A program made the translations under genes and the position numbers. Below are positions 1-6,914 of a stretch of DNA of 25,010 nucleotides, in pieces (positions within the stretch are counted from its first letter, which is position 1; every line of letters begins with the position of its first letter). The notes under the pieces were generated by a model. That model was not told where the DNA came from. It worked only from the letters and a program-made list of their open reading frames with translations, and did not search any database. The stretch comes from a virus (lineage: Duplodnaviria > Caudoviricetes): the IMG/VR virus record IMGVR_UViG_3300025313_000614, positions 1-25,010 of that record; one strand, given 5' to 3'.

Positions 1-396
1 AAAAATACTCCATTGCCTCCCGTTCCAGCAGCGGAACCGTATCGCTCGCCGCTGGCGACGGCGCGGGCCGTCCAACGGCAGGACCGGCGGTTCGAGAGCC
101 TGCTGCGCGATCTCGACACCGTGAAAAAGCATGAGCGGCGTATTCTGGCGTATCTGGTGGAACGGGACGATCTGCTTCTGTCCGTGCGCGACCTGGCGCG
201 CTATGTGGGGTACAGCGAATCGACCCTGGCGGCCAATCCGCCGACCCAGCTGCTCCGCATGGGGCTGCTGCGGCGCTCAGGAAAACCGGGCCACTTCCGG
301 TATGCGGCGAATGCGCGCGAACGGTTCGGGGAGATGTTCCCGGACCTGGATGTGGAGAGATTGTGTGAGCGGCTCCTCAAAACGCTGGGCCGCTGA
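1..396 (+). CDS. 5'-truncated protein with a C-terminal winged-helix DNA-binding-like domain
   Basis: Frame is open from base 1 to TGA at 394-396; ERRILAYLVER..LSVRDLARYVGYSEST..LLRMGLL fits a wHTH pattern. Confidence 0.65.
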   Translation, partial: KNTPLPPVPAAEPYRSPLATARAVQRQDRRFESLLRDLDTVKKHERRILAYLVERDDLLLSVRDLARYVGYSESTLAANPPTQLLRMGLLRRSGKPGHFRYAANARERFGEMFPDLDVERLCERLLKTLGR

Positions 397-414
397 CGGA
401 TAAAACGGGGGAAC

Positions 415-762
415 ATGATGGAAAATTCTGATCTGCATTCCGCTTTGCTCGAATGGCCTGAGATCGTTCCTGATCTGAAGGTTACCATTCGAAAGATCGG
501 CGGCGAAACCTGGTTCGACTTCGAGGAGCCGAAAATTTGGGAATCCGAACGCTCGCGCGTGTGGATTTACAACACCGCCAATAGACGAGCAGTGACCGTG
601 ATTATGGTGGATTATGAGAACGATCCGCTTGATCGCGCATGGTTAAACGTCATTTACGGTGGCGTGTTGTTTTATCTCAATTGGCAAGCCGTCCCACTGT
701 TTCAATTTCGCGGGAAGTACGATCTGCTCAGTGATAAACGCGCCAAAGCGGATAGGAATTAA
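415..762 (+). CDS. Hypothetical protein (115 aa, visibly lower GC)
   Basis: GGGGGA before ATG; fills the gap exactly to the parA start; no motif recognised. Confidence 0.7.
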   Translation: MMENSDLHSALLEWPEIVPDLKVTIRKIGGETWFDFEEPKIWESERSRVWIYNTANRRAVTVIMVDYENDPLDRAWLNVIYGGVLFYLNWQAVPLFQFRGKYDLLSDKRAKADRN

Positions 763-764
763 AT

Positions 765-1556
765 ATGAGCACAACTATTGCCATCCTCAACAGCAAGGGT
801 GGCGTGGGCAAGACCACGCTGGCCGTCACGCTCGCCGCCGGGTTCGCCGGGGCGGGCAAGAAGGTCGCGCTCGTGGATACCGACCCGCAGGGCAACGTCG
901 CCAAGTGGTTCGGCATGGCCGAAGAGAGCGGCATGTACGACCTGCTGATCAAAGAGCGCCACGTCGCGGAGGTGCTGCGCCTGGTGCCGACGGCGCAGTG
1001 GTGGCCGGGCGAGACGGGCGGCGTGCTGGCGATTCTGCCCGGCAACGCGCGCACCACGACGGCAGGCGTCGCGCTGGCGGTGGATCGCGCGCCCGCGAGC
1101 AAGCTGCGCGAGGCGCTGGAGCCGCTGCGCGACAGTGTGGATGTGGTCATTTTGGACACGGCCCCGACCGTGACCGAACTCATGGCGAACATCTTCCTGG
1201 CGGCGGATTGGGCGATCATCCCGACGGAAACGCGGGTGTTGAGCGTCAACGGCGTCATCAAGACGATGGACCGGATCGAGGCGGTCCAAGACCAGATCAG
1301 CCTGGCGGTGCTGGGCATTCAGCCCACACGCCACGCGGCACGGCAGATCGAGTGTCAGGAGAACTTGAAGACGCTCAACGACCTGTACGACGGCAAAGTG
1401 TGGCCGGTCATCGGCGAGCGCTCGCCCTGGACCGAAGCGCCCAGCTTTGGCAAGAGCATCTTCGCCTATGCGCCGCGCCAGCATAAGGCGGTTCGGGAAG
1501 CGGCGCAGTTCGTCAAGATGGCCTGGGATGCGCTGGACGCAAAGGCGGTGTGGTGA
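765..1556 (+). CDS. parA: ParA/Soj family partition ATPase
   Basis: Deviant Walker A KGGVGKTT, VDTDPQGN, Walker B VVILDTAP, C-terminal EAPSFGKSIFAYAP. Confidence 0.95.
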   Translation: MSTTIAILNSKGGVGKTTLAVTLAAGFAGAGKKVALVDTDPQGNVAKWFGMAEESGMYDLLIKERHVAEVLRLVPTAQWWPGETGGVLAILPGNARTTTAGVALAVDRAPASKLREALEPLRDSVDVVILDTAPTVTELMANIFLAADWAIIPTETRVLSVNGVIKTMDRIEAVQDQISLAVLGIQPTRHAARQIECQENLKTLNDLYDGKVWPVIGERSPWTEAPSFGKSIFAYAPRQHKAVREAAQFVKMAWDALDAKAVW

Positions 1557-2401
1557 TGGGCAGTCGACAATTACGGCAGGGCACACGGCTCGGCGCGCAG
1601 AGTCAGGATATGGCGGCGCAGAACGATCACAATGACGTGCGGCGTGTCCTGTATATCATCGATCCAGAAGCGCCAGTCAGCGTGGACCCCAACCAAATCA
1701 CCGTTGATTCGGCTATCCAGGTCCGGATCGGAGGGCTGAACGAGGAGCGCGTCGAGCGGCTGATGCAAGTGCTTCTCAATGGCGGCGCGTTTGAAGATCC
1801 GATTGATCTATTCCAGGATGGCCTGATCCTGGCCGACGGCCTACACCGGCGCGAAGCATATCTGCGCGCGTTAGCCGATCCTGGCGTTGTATCCGGCGAG
1901 ATCGCACTTGCCCCTCTGATGGCGAACTTTCATCCTGGCGGATTTGACGAAGCGCTCGAATTTGCTGAAGAGGCCAACCTTCGGCATGGCGAGCCACTGA
2001 CCACGGATGATCTCAAGAACTTGCTCTATCGGCGGTTGGAGCGGGGCTATTATGGAGTCGACGTTTCCAATCGCCAGATCGCTCAAACTCTCGGCGTAGC
2101 GCATACGACGATTGGGCGCTGGCGTCTGGAATGGCAACACCGCACTGGTGCGCACGCACCAGTCAGAGAACATCGCGAGAAAAAAATCGTGACAAAATCG
2201 GGTCAAACGATGCGCGTGGACGGCATCGCGGCGGCTAATAAAAAGCGCGCCAAACAGGGGCCGACTGCGACGCAGATCAAGCGGGCGGTCGTCAAACACC
2301 TGGAAGACGCGGCGGGGGGCCTGGAGCGGCTGGGCATGTCGGACCATGCGGACGGGCTGCTCGATTACGCGCGTGAGCGGCGCGAGGAGTGGGGACTGTG
2401 A
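1556..2401 (+). CDS. ParB-like protein (ParB N-terminal domain plus HTH)
   Basis: TGATG coupling to parA; LADGLHRREA arginine patch, ANLRHGEPLT, HTH SNRQIAQTLGVAHTTIGRWR. Confidence 0.85.
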   Translation: MGSRQLRQGTRLGAQSQDMAAQNDHNDVRRVLYIIDPEAPVSVDPNQITVDSAIQVRIGGLNEERVERLMQVLLNGGAFEDPIDLFQDGLILADGLHRREAYLRALADPGVVSGEIALAPLMANFHPGGFDEALEFAEEANLRHGEPLTTDDLKNLLYRRLERGYYGVDVSNRQIAQTLGVAHTTIGRWRLEWQHRTGAHAPVREHREKKIVTKSGQTMRVDGIAAANKKRAKQGPTATQIKRAVVKHLEDAAGGLERLGMSDHADGLLDYARERREEWGL

Positions 2402-3063
2402 GCGGCGGCTATCGGTTCAAGCGCGAACACGCCCTGCCCAGGGCTGAAGCGTTGGTCGAGGCGCTGCGTCCGGCCTGCGCGCAGATCGAGATCGCGGGCA
2501 GTCTCCGGCGCGGCAAGGCGACGGTGGGGGACATCGAGATCGTCGCCCGGCCCCTGGTCGAGGAGCGCCCGGTCGCCGGGCAGTTGGGGCTGTTCGGTGG
2601 CGACCAACCGGCGACCGTCGAGCGAGTGAGCCTGCTCGACCCGCTCCTGGAGCGCCTGGCGGCGGTGGGGGAGATCCACCGGGATCGTCCCTATACCCAC
2701 GACAAGGGCGTGTGGGGCGAGAAATACAAGCGGTTCTGGTTAGCGCTCAACGACCTCGGCGAGTACGTCCAGGTCGACCTGTTCCTGGTTACGCCGCCTG
2801 CGCAGTGGGGACCGATCTTCACCATCCGCACCGGGCCGGGCGAGTTCGGCCAGGCGCTGATGCGCCACATCAACGCTCATACGCTGTGGCGGCAGGACGA
2901 CGGGCGGCTGGTTCACCGGGGCACGGGCAAGGAAGCCCACACGCCCACCGAGCGGGCGTATTTCGAGGTGTTGGGTGTGCCCTGGATCGAGCCGGCAGAT
3001 CGCAGCGCCGAGATGCTGAGCAGGGCGTTGCGCGAAAATGCGAAACGAGGGACAAATGGTTAA
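2398..3063 (+). CDS. Minimal family X DNA polymerase / Pol-beta-like nucleotidyltransferase
   Basis: GTGA overlap with upstream stop and GAGGAG RBS; IAGSLRRGKATVGDIEIV, QVDLF, RTGP, TERAYFEVLGVPWIEP are PolX palm/thumb motifs. Confidence 0.88.
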   Translation: MSGGYRFKREHALPRAEALVEALRPACAQIEIAGSLRRGKATVGDIEIVARPLVEERPVAGQLGLFGGDQPATVERVSLLDPLLERLAAVGEIHRDRPYTHDKGVWGEKYKRFWLALNDLGEYVQVDLFLVTPPAQWGPIFTIRTGPGEFGQALMRHINAHTLWRQDDGRLVHRGTGKEAHTPTERAYFEVLGVPWIEPADRSAEMLSRALRENAKRGTNG

Positions 3064-3289
3064 AATAACGGATGATGTTTCCCGGAAAACCAAATGGACG
3101 TGTTGTCCTCATATCCCGATGGGAGAACACCAGCCCAAATTAACGAACACTGCGACGCTGATTGAACTCGAGGCCGGCCATCTGTTGGCCTTGTGCCCTC
3201 TCTGCTGGCAGATTATTGAAGGTCGCGCGCTCAGAAATGTGATCGCAGAAGCGGCAACCAACGCTTTTCGTCGTCACCCTGGGGGGTGA
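3056..3289 (+). CDS. Small Cys/His-containing hypothetical protein (possible zinc binder)
   Basis: GAGGGA RBS before ATG 3056; CCPH and CPLC motifs. Confidence 0.6.
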   Translation: MVKITDDVSRKTKWTCCPHIPMGEHQPKLTNTATLIELEAGHLLALCPLCWQIIEGRALRNVIAEAATNAFRRHPGG

Positions 3290-3343
3290 TCGCCCTGGCG
3301 TGTATCAGCACCCAGGGCAGCCATGCCTATAGGGAGGCACAGC

Positions 3344-4045
3344 ATGTCCAATGATACCACAGAACGCAATACGGCGGTTGTTCAGGCGTTGATTGATGGC
3401 GCGACGATGTACGACGTTGCTGCTCAGTTCAGGATGCGTGTTGCTCAAATTCGGCTCATTCTCTATGACTGGTATGAGCATCCTCAGTCGCCCAAAATGC
3501 CCGATCCTGATGACATCTGGCACTTGCCGCTTGAGGACCATGCCTTCCGTCTCTATCGACAGGCGGGCATTAAAAGCGTAGCGCAGTTGATTGAGTTTCT
3601 GGAAACCGGAACACTCCCCAGCGGACAGATCGCCCTCAATCGCTTAGGCAAACAGGAGCGCCAACGGACGATTCAGATGCTTCAGGAGCGAGGCCATGCG
3701 GTTAATCCAGAAGTTAAGCCCATTCTATACGAGTTTCTACCCGATGAAACATGGCAGGAATGTTTAGCCTATTGGGGGAATGTCTGTGCGATCTGTGGCA
3801 CAGCGCCCACGCCGAATAACCGACTGGTGCAAGATCACTGGATACCGCATTTTTCCGATCTGTTCCCTGGCTCAGAACCCACCAACATCGTGCCCCTGTG
3901 TCTCATGTGCAATAGCCACAAGAGAGATAGTGAGCCGTTTCATTGGTTGGTTAAGGAACTTGGACATCGGAGGGCAATCTACAAAATGGCTGACATCTCG
4001 GCTTACTTCAAGATGTGGTTTGAACGGCTGGAGAGTAGGGGATGA
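3344..4045 (+). CDS. HNH endonuclease with N-terminal HTH and RNA polymerase alpha-CTD-like HhH region
   Basis: GGGAGG RBS before ATG 3344; CAIC..QDHWIP..NIVPLCLMCNSHK HNH/zinc motif; LPLEDHAFRLYRQAGIKSVAQL..RLGKQ resembles alpha-CTD. Confidence 0.8.
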   Translation: MSNDTTERNTAVVQALIDGATMYDVAAQFRMRVAQIRLILYDWYEHPQSPKMPDPDDIWHLPLEDHAFRLYRQAGIKSVAQLIEFLETGTLPSGQIALNRLGKQERQRTIQMLQERGHAVNPEVKPILYEFLPDETWQECLAYWGNVCAICGTAPTPNNRLVQDHWIPHFSDLFPGSEPTNIVPLCLMCNSHKRDSEPFHWLVKELGHRRAIYKMADISAYFKMWFERLESRG

Positions 4046-4323
4046 ATGGCTCCAAACGGACAGCCCGCGACAGTAGACCTGCCATTACGCCCGATGATGT
4101 CTACAATGCGATTTGCGCGTTTGCCGAGGCGCATTCTGCCTTGCCGACGCAAAGCATGGTTGCCAATGAACTAGGCTGCTCGCAGCAGTTGATCAGCATC
4201 ATGATGAATGTGCTGTCCGATCCCCGTGATGGTCGCATTCGCTGGCTGTCACAACGAATTTACTTCGTAGATAAATCCCGCTGGGAACGCCCCGAACATA
4301 GTGAAGTTTCCACTGCTAGTTAA
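4042..4323 (+). CDS. LexA-like winged-HTH DNA-binding protein
   Basis: ATGA overlap; VYNAICAFAEAHSALPTQSMVANELGCS..GRI fits a LexA DNA-binding domain; no peptidase domain. Confidence 0.7.
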   Translation: MNGSKRTARDSRPAITPDDVYNAICAFAEAHSALPTQSMVANELGCSQQLISIMMNVLSDPRDGRIRWLSQRIYFVDKSRWERPEHSEVSTAS

Positions 4324-4365
4324 GTCACGGTAAACCTACAACCTCACTCGCCCCGAATTCTGCGC

Positions 4366-4371
4366 TACACT
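4366..4371 (+). promoter_or_regulatory. Candidate -10 box (TACACT) at the start of the late region
   Basis: TACACT in the only long intergenic gap, just before the structured leader; no convincing -35. Confidence 0.35.
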
Positions 4372-4607
4372 AAAAGCAGGCTCTCGGACGATGACCGGGA
4401 GCGCGCACCGGACGTAGGGGCTACAGCGTGGCGCGCGGGCTTCCCCCTGCCTTTTGCCGCAAATCTGTGGCCCCCTTGCCCGTTTTGTTAACCCTTTGGG
4501 TGCCATGCCATTCCCAATGCGAATTGAACCGCCAAGACAGGCATGGCTGAGGCGGTTCGGACCGACCTTCCCGCCTGATCACCGGGAAGCAATGAGATGA
4601 GCGGTCC
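4372..4607 (+). ncRNA. Candidate structured RNA / leader with a loop-loop pseudoknot
   Basis: Stems 4380-4387/4395-4402, 4496-4500/4513-4517, 4526-4533/4551-4558, 4567-4573/4583-4589; loops GCCATGCC 4502-4509 and GGCATGGC 4540-4547 are complementary. Confidence 0.45.
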
Positions 4608-4609
4608 CC

Positions 4610-5386
4610 GTGTGGACTGCGACCATCAGCGACACGGCGCTGGCTTTTGGCGTCGTGTCGTTTTTGTTGTGGTGAAGGCAGGGCGGGCTGAACGACTGGC
4701 ACATTTTCACCGGCGCGGCGCGCGCCCTCTTGCGCGGCCAGAACCCCTATGGCAGGGACGGGGTCTACCACGCGCCCTGGCTGTTCGTGCTGCTCATCCC
4801 GCTGCTCTGGGTGCCCGAGGCGCTGGCCCCCGCGCTGCCCTGGCTCGCGCTGTTGGCAGTTGCGCGCCGTTCACGGGTCATGGCGCTGGTGCCTATCGTC
4901 GGTCTCTCGCTGCCCTTCGTGCTGTTGACCTGGCTGGCAAATACGGACTGGCTCGCGCTGTTCGGTCTGGTCGGCGCGGGCTATGCCGCGCCGTTGTTCT
5001 TGACCGTGAAACCGCAGGCGACGGGCCTGGCGCTGGCGGCCTATGTCAACCCGCAGCGCGCGCGCTATCTGGTGCCCCTGGCTCTGGCGAGCGCCCTGGC
5101 GTTGTTGCTCTGGCGCTGGCCGCTGGTCATCGTCGAGCAGCGCCAGACGATCACCGCCTACGGCCACAACTGGGCGCTGTGGCGCATGACCTGGCCGGTC
5201 GGTCTGTGGGCCGCGTGGCGCGCGTGGGCGCAGCGCTCGGTGATGTGGGGCTGCATCGCCTCCGTGCTGCTGACGCCCTATCTGGCGTTGTACTCGCTCG
5301 TGCCCGCGCTGGTCGCCGTGACGCGACGGCATCCGAAAACTGGCTGCGCGCTGAGTCTCGCCAGCTGGGGGTTTGCGTTTCTGTAG
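4610..5386 (+). pseudogene. Multi-pass membrane glycosyltransferase (GT87/GT-C-like) interrupted by an in-frame TGA at 4673-4675
   Basis: Frame reads MWTATISDTALAFGVVSFLLW*RQGGLNDWHIFTGAARALLRGQNPY..YHAPW..LTVKPQ; D..F..AA.A...G.NPY and KPQ resemble GT87; many hydrophobic helices. Confidence 0.6.
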
Positions 5387-5394
5387 GAGCATCC

Positions 5395-5628
5395 GTGGAC
5401 GCTTCTCTTCCCGCAACGATAGGCCCCTACCGCAACCGCATCATCGGCTTGCGGGTCATGCCCGTGGGCGCGCTGCTCGACAATCCGCGCAACTGGCGGC
5501 GGCATCCCGACGCGCAGAAAAGCGCGCTGGATGCGGTCATGCGCTCACTGAGTCAGGGAAATTCAATCGGGCGAATTTGCCATGCAATCGCCGGGCTGCA
5601 TCGTCGTATGCTTCAGCGGCAGCTATAG
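5395..5628 (+). pseudogene. Truncated ParB-like N-terminal fragment (as in phage ParB-methyltransferase genes), cut by the HNH-AP2 insert
   Basis: AGGAG RBS plus GTG; YRNRIIG..LLDNPRNWRRHPDAQKSALDAVM resembles a ParB-N start; the resemblance ends at ~5540, where the antisense HNH gene ends. Confidence 0.6.
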
Positions 5629-6040
5629 CGGTTGGGAAATAGCCAAGATAATGACGAATGCCATCAGCTTTAATCTCGGCAGACCAGCGAAACCGCAGCC
5701 CTTTGGTCCAACGATTGTATCGAACGCCTTTGTATCCCGATTGGTTGTCCGAACGCCTATGTTGGTTTTGGAGGTTTTTGGCGTGCGACGTTATGCGAAT
5801 GTTCTGGCGGCGATTGTCCAGTTGATCGCCATTGATGTGATCAACCACTTCGCCCGGTTGGAGCGCGCGGCCAAGCAACCGTGCGGCTATCGTGCGGTGC
5901 AGGTACTCGTGCGATCCTTTGTAGGGTTTACGCGCCGCATAGCCGCCAGTGTGGAAGTACCAACTCGTCTTCGCCAGCGCCGCATCGCAGTCGTCAAAGC
6001 GGGCAAATTTCCCTTTGGTGAGGGGAATCCTGATACACAT
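5537..6040 (-). CDS. HNH endonuclease with C-terminal AP2 DNA-binding domain
   Basis: AAGGAG RBS before ATG 6040; IPLTKGKFA, LHR, VDHINGDQLDNRRQNIR (HNH_3), SGYKGV..WSAEI..YLGYF..AAEAYDDAARRLHGKFARLNFP (AP2). Confidence 0.93.
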   Translation of the reverse strand: MCIRIPLTKGKFARFDDCDAALAKTSWYFHTGGYAARKPYKGSHEYLHRTIAARLLGRALQPGEVVDHINGDQLDNRRQNIRITSHAKNLQNQHRRSDNQSGYKGVRYNRWTKGLRFRWSAEIKADGIRHYLGYFPTAIAAAEAYDDAARRLHGKFARLNFPDSVSA

Positions 6041-6143
6041 GGGGTCTCTCCTTACTGGCCTTACTGTCGGGGTGTGGAGCGCCGGGTAAGGCTCCGGTTT
6101 CATGCGGGTAGCTATTCCGCACTAGCTCCACTCAGGAATTATA
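6041..6143 (-). promoter_or_regulatory. Promoter plus three-way-junction leader RNA, copy 1 (upstream of HNH-AP2)
   Basis: TATAAT at 6143-6138; stems 6074-6080/6125-6131, 6103-6107/6117-6121, 6082-6085/6094-6097; loop CCUUAC matches GUAAGG at 6064-6059 and 6055-6050. Confidence 0.75.
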
Positions 6144-6209
6144 TCCTGTTTCGCGGGGGACGCAAAGTTCGCCTGCTCGAGTCGTCGCCGGTGACCGAGG
6201 GCGCGTGAT

Positions 6210-6914
6210 GTGGCCGACGCGAACACCGTCCAAGCGCTGCTCGACCAGCCGCTCGATCCGGCGGCGTGGGAGACCCTAGCGCGGCGCGACGGCGAGACCG
6301 CCAAAGCGCACGCGGCCTTCCTGGAGTACGTCCGGATGGGCCCGGGCCGCAGCCTGCGCAAGCTCCACGCGCGGTACGTGGACTGGCGACGGACTGGCGA
6401 CGGACTGGCGACAGAAAAGCCGCCGACGACGCGCCTGCGGACGCTGATGGAGTGGTCGTCCAGGTTCGAGTGGCAGGCGCGGTTGGAGGCCTACGCCGAG
6501 GAGCGGGACCGGGCGGCGATAGCGGAATGGGAAGCGCGGCGGCAGGCACTGCGCGAGATCGATTTTCAGACCGGCGACGAGCTGCGCGACCTGGCGGCCC
6601 GTATTTTGGCCGAGACGCCGCAGTTCCTGAAGACGACGCGGCGGCTGATCAAAGGTCGAGACGGCGCGACGGACCGGGAGATCATCACGGTCGGCATCGA
6701 CATCGACGCGATGCTGAAGGCGCTGAAGCTGGCGAGCGACCTGCAGCGCGCAGCGGCGGGGCTGCCGGCGGCGGCGATTGAGGTGAGGCATGACCACCGA
6801 CTCGATACTGACCAGTATCAGCGCGCGCTTGAATCACTCGCTGCTGCCCTCGGAACAAGCCTACCTGAGGCGGGCGCTGACGGGGACGGCGATCTGGACG
6901 CCGCAGAGCGCTAA
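6210..6914 (+). CDS. Putative terminase small subunit
   Basis: Directly upstream of TerL; GETAKAHAAFLEY..MGPGRSL..EWSSRFEWQARLEAY HTH-type pattern typical of genes at this position. Confidence 0.7.
   Translation: MADANTVQALLDQPLDPAAWETLARRDGETAKAHAAFLEYVRMGPGRSLRKLHARYVDWRRTGDGLATEKPPTTRLRTLMEWSSRFEWQARLEAYAEERDRAAIAEWEARRQALREIDFQTGDELRDLAARILAETPQFLKTTRRLIKGRDGATDREIITVGIDIDAMLKALKLASDLQRAAAGLPAAAIEVRHDHRLDTDQYQRALESLAAALGTSLPEAGADGDGDLDAAER
6380..6412 (+). repeat. Perfect tandem repeat (GGACTGGCGAC)x3 inside terS
   Basis: Units at 6380-6390, 6391-6401, 6402-6412. Confidence 0.95.

Noticed and set aside
4597-5628. 343-aa + strand ORF
   Set aside because: Its first ~265 codons are an off-frame shadow of the glycosyltransferase gene. 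Only the part from GTG 5395 has an RBS and a recognisable motif.
6074-6131. Leader RNAs as tRNA or hammerhead ribozyme
   Set aside because: The three-stem junction lacks the TpsiC/D-loop consensus and the CUGANGA core. GAAA appears in copy 1 only.
5537-6143. HNH inserts as group I introns or IS elements
   Set aside because: The ORFs are antisense to the host transcript, non-coding flanks are too short for an intron core, and no transposase or terminal inverted repeats are visible.
6380-6412. CRISPR-like array
   Set aside because: Units are 11 bp, directly adjacent, with no spacers and no cas genes.
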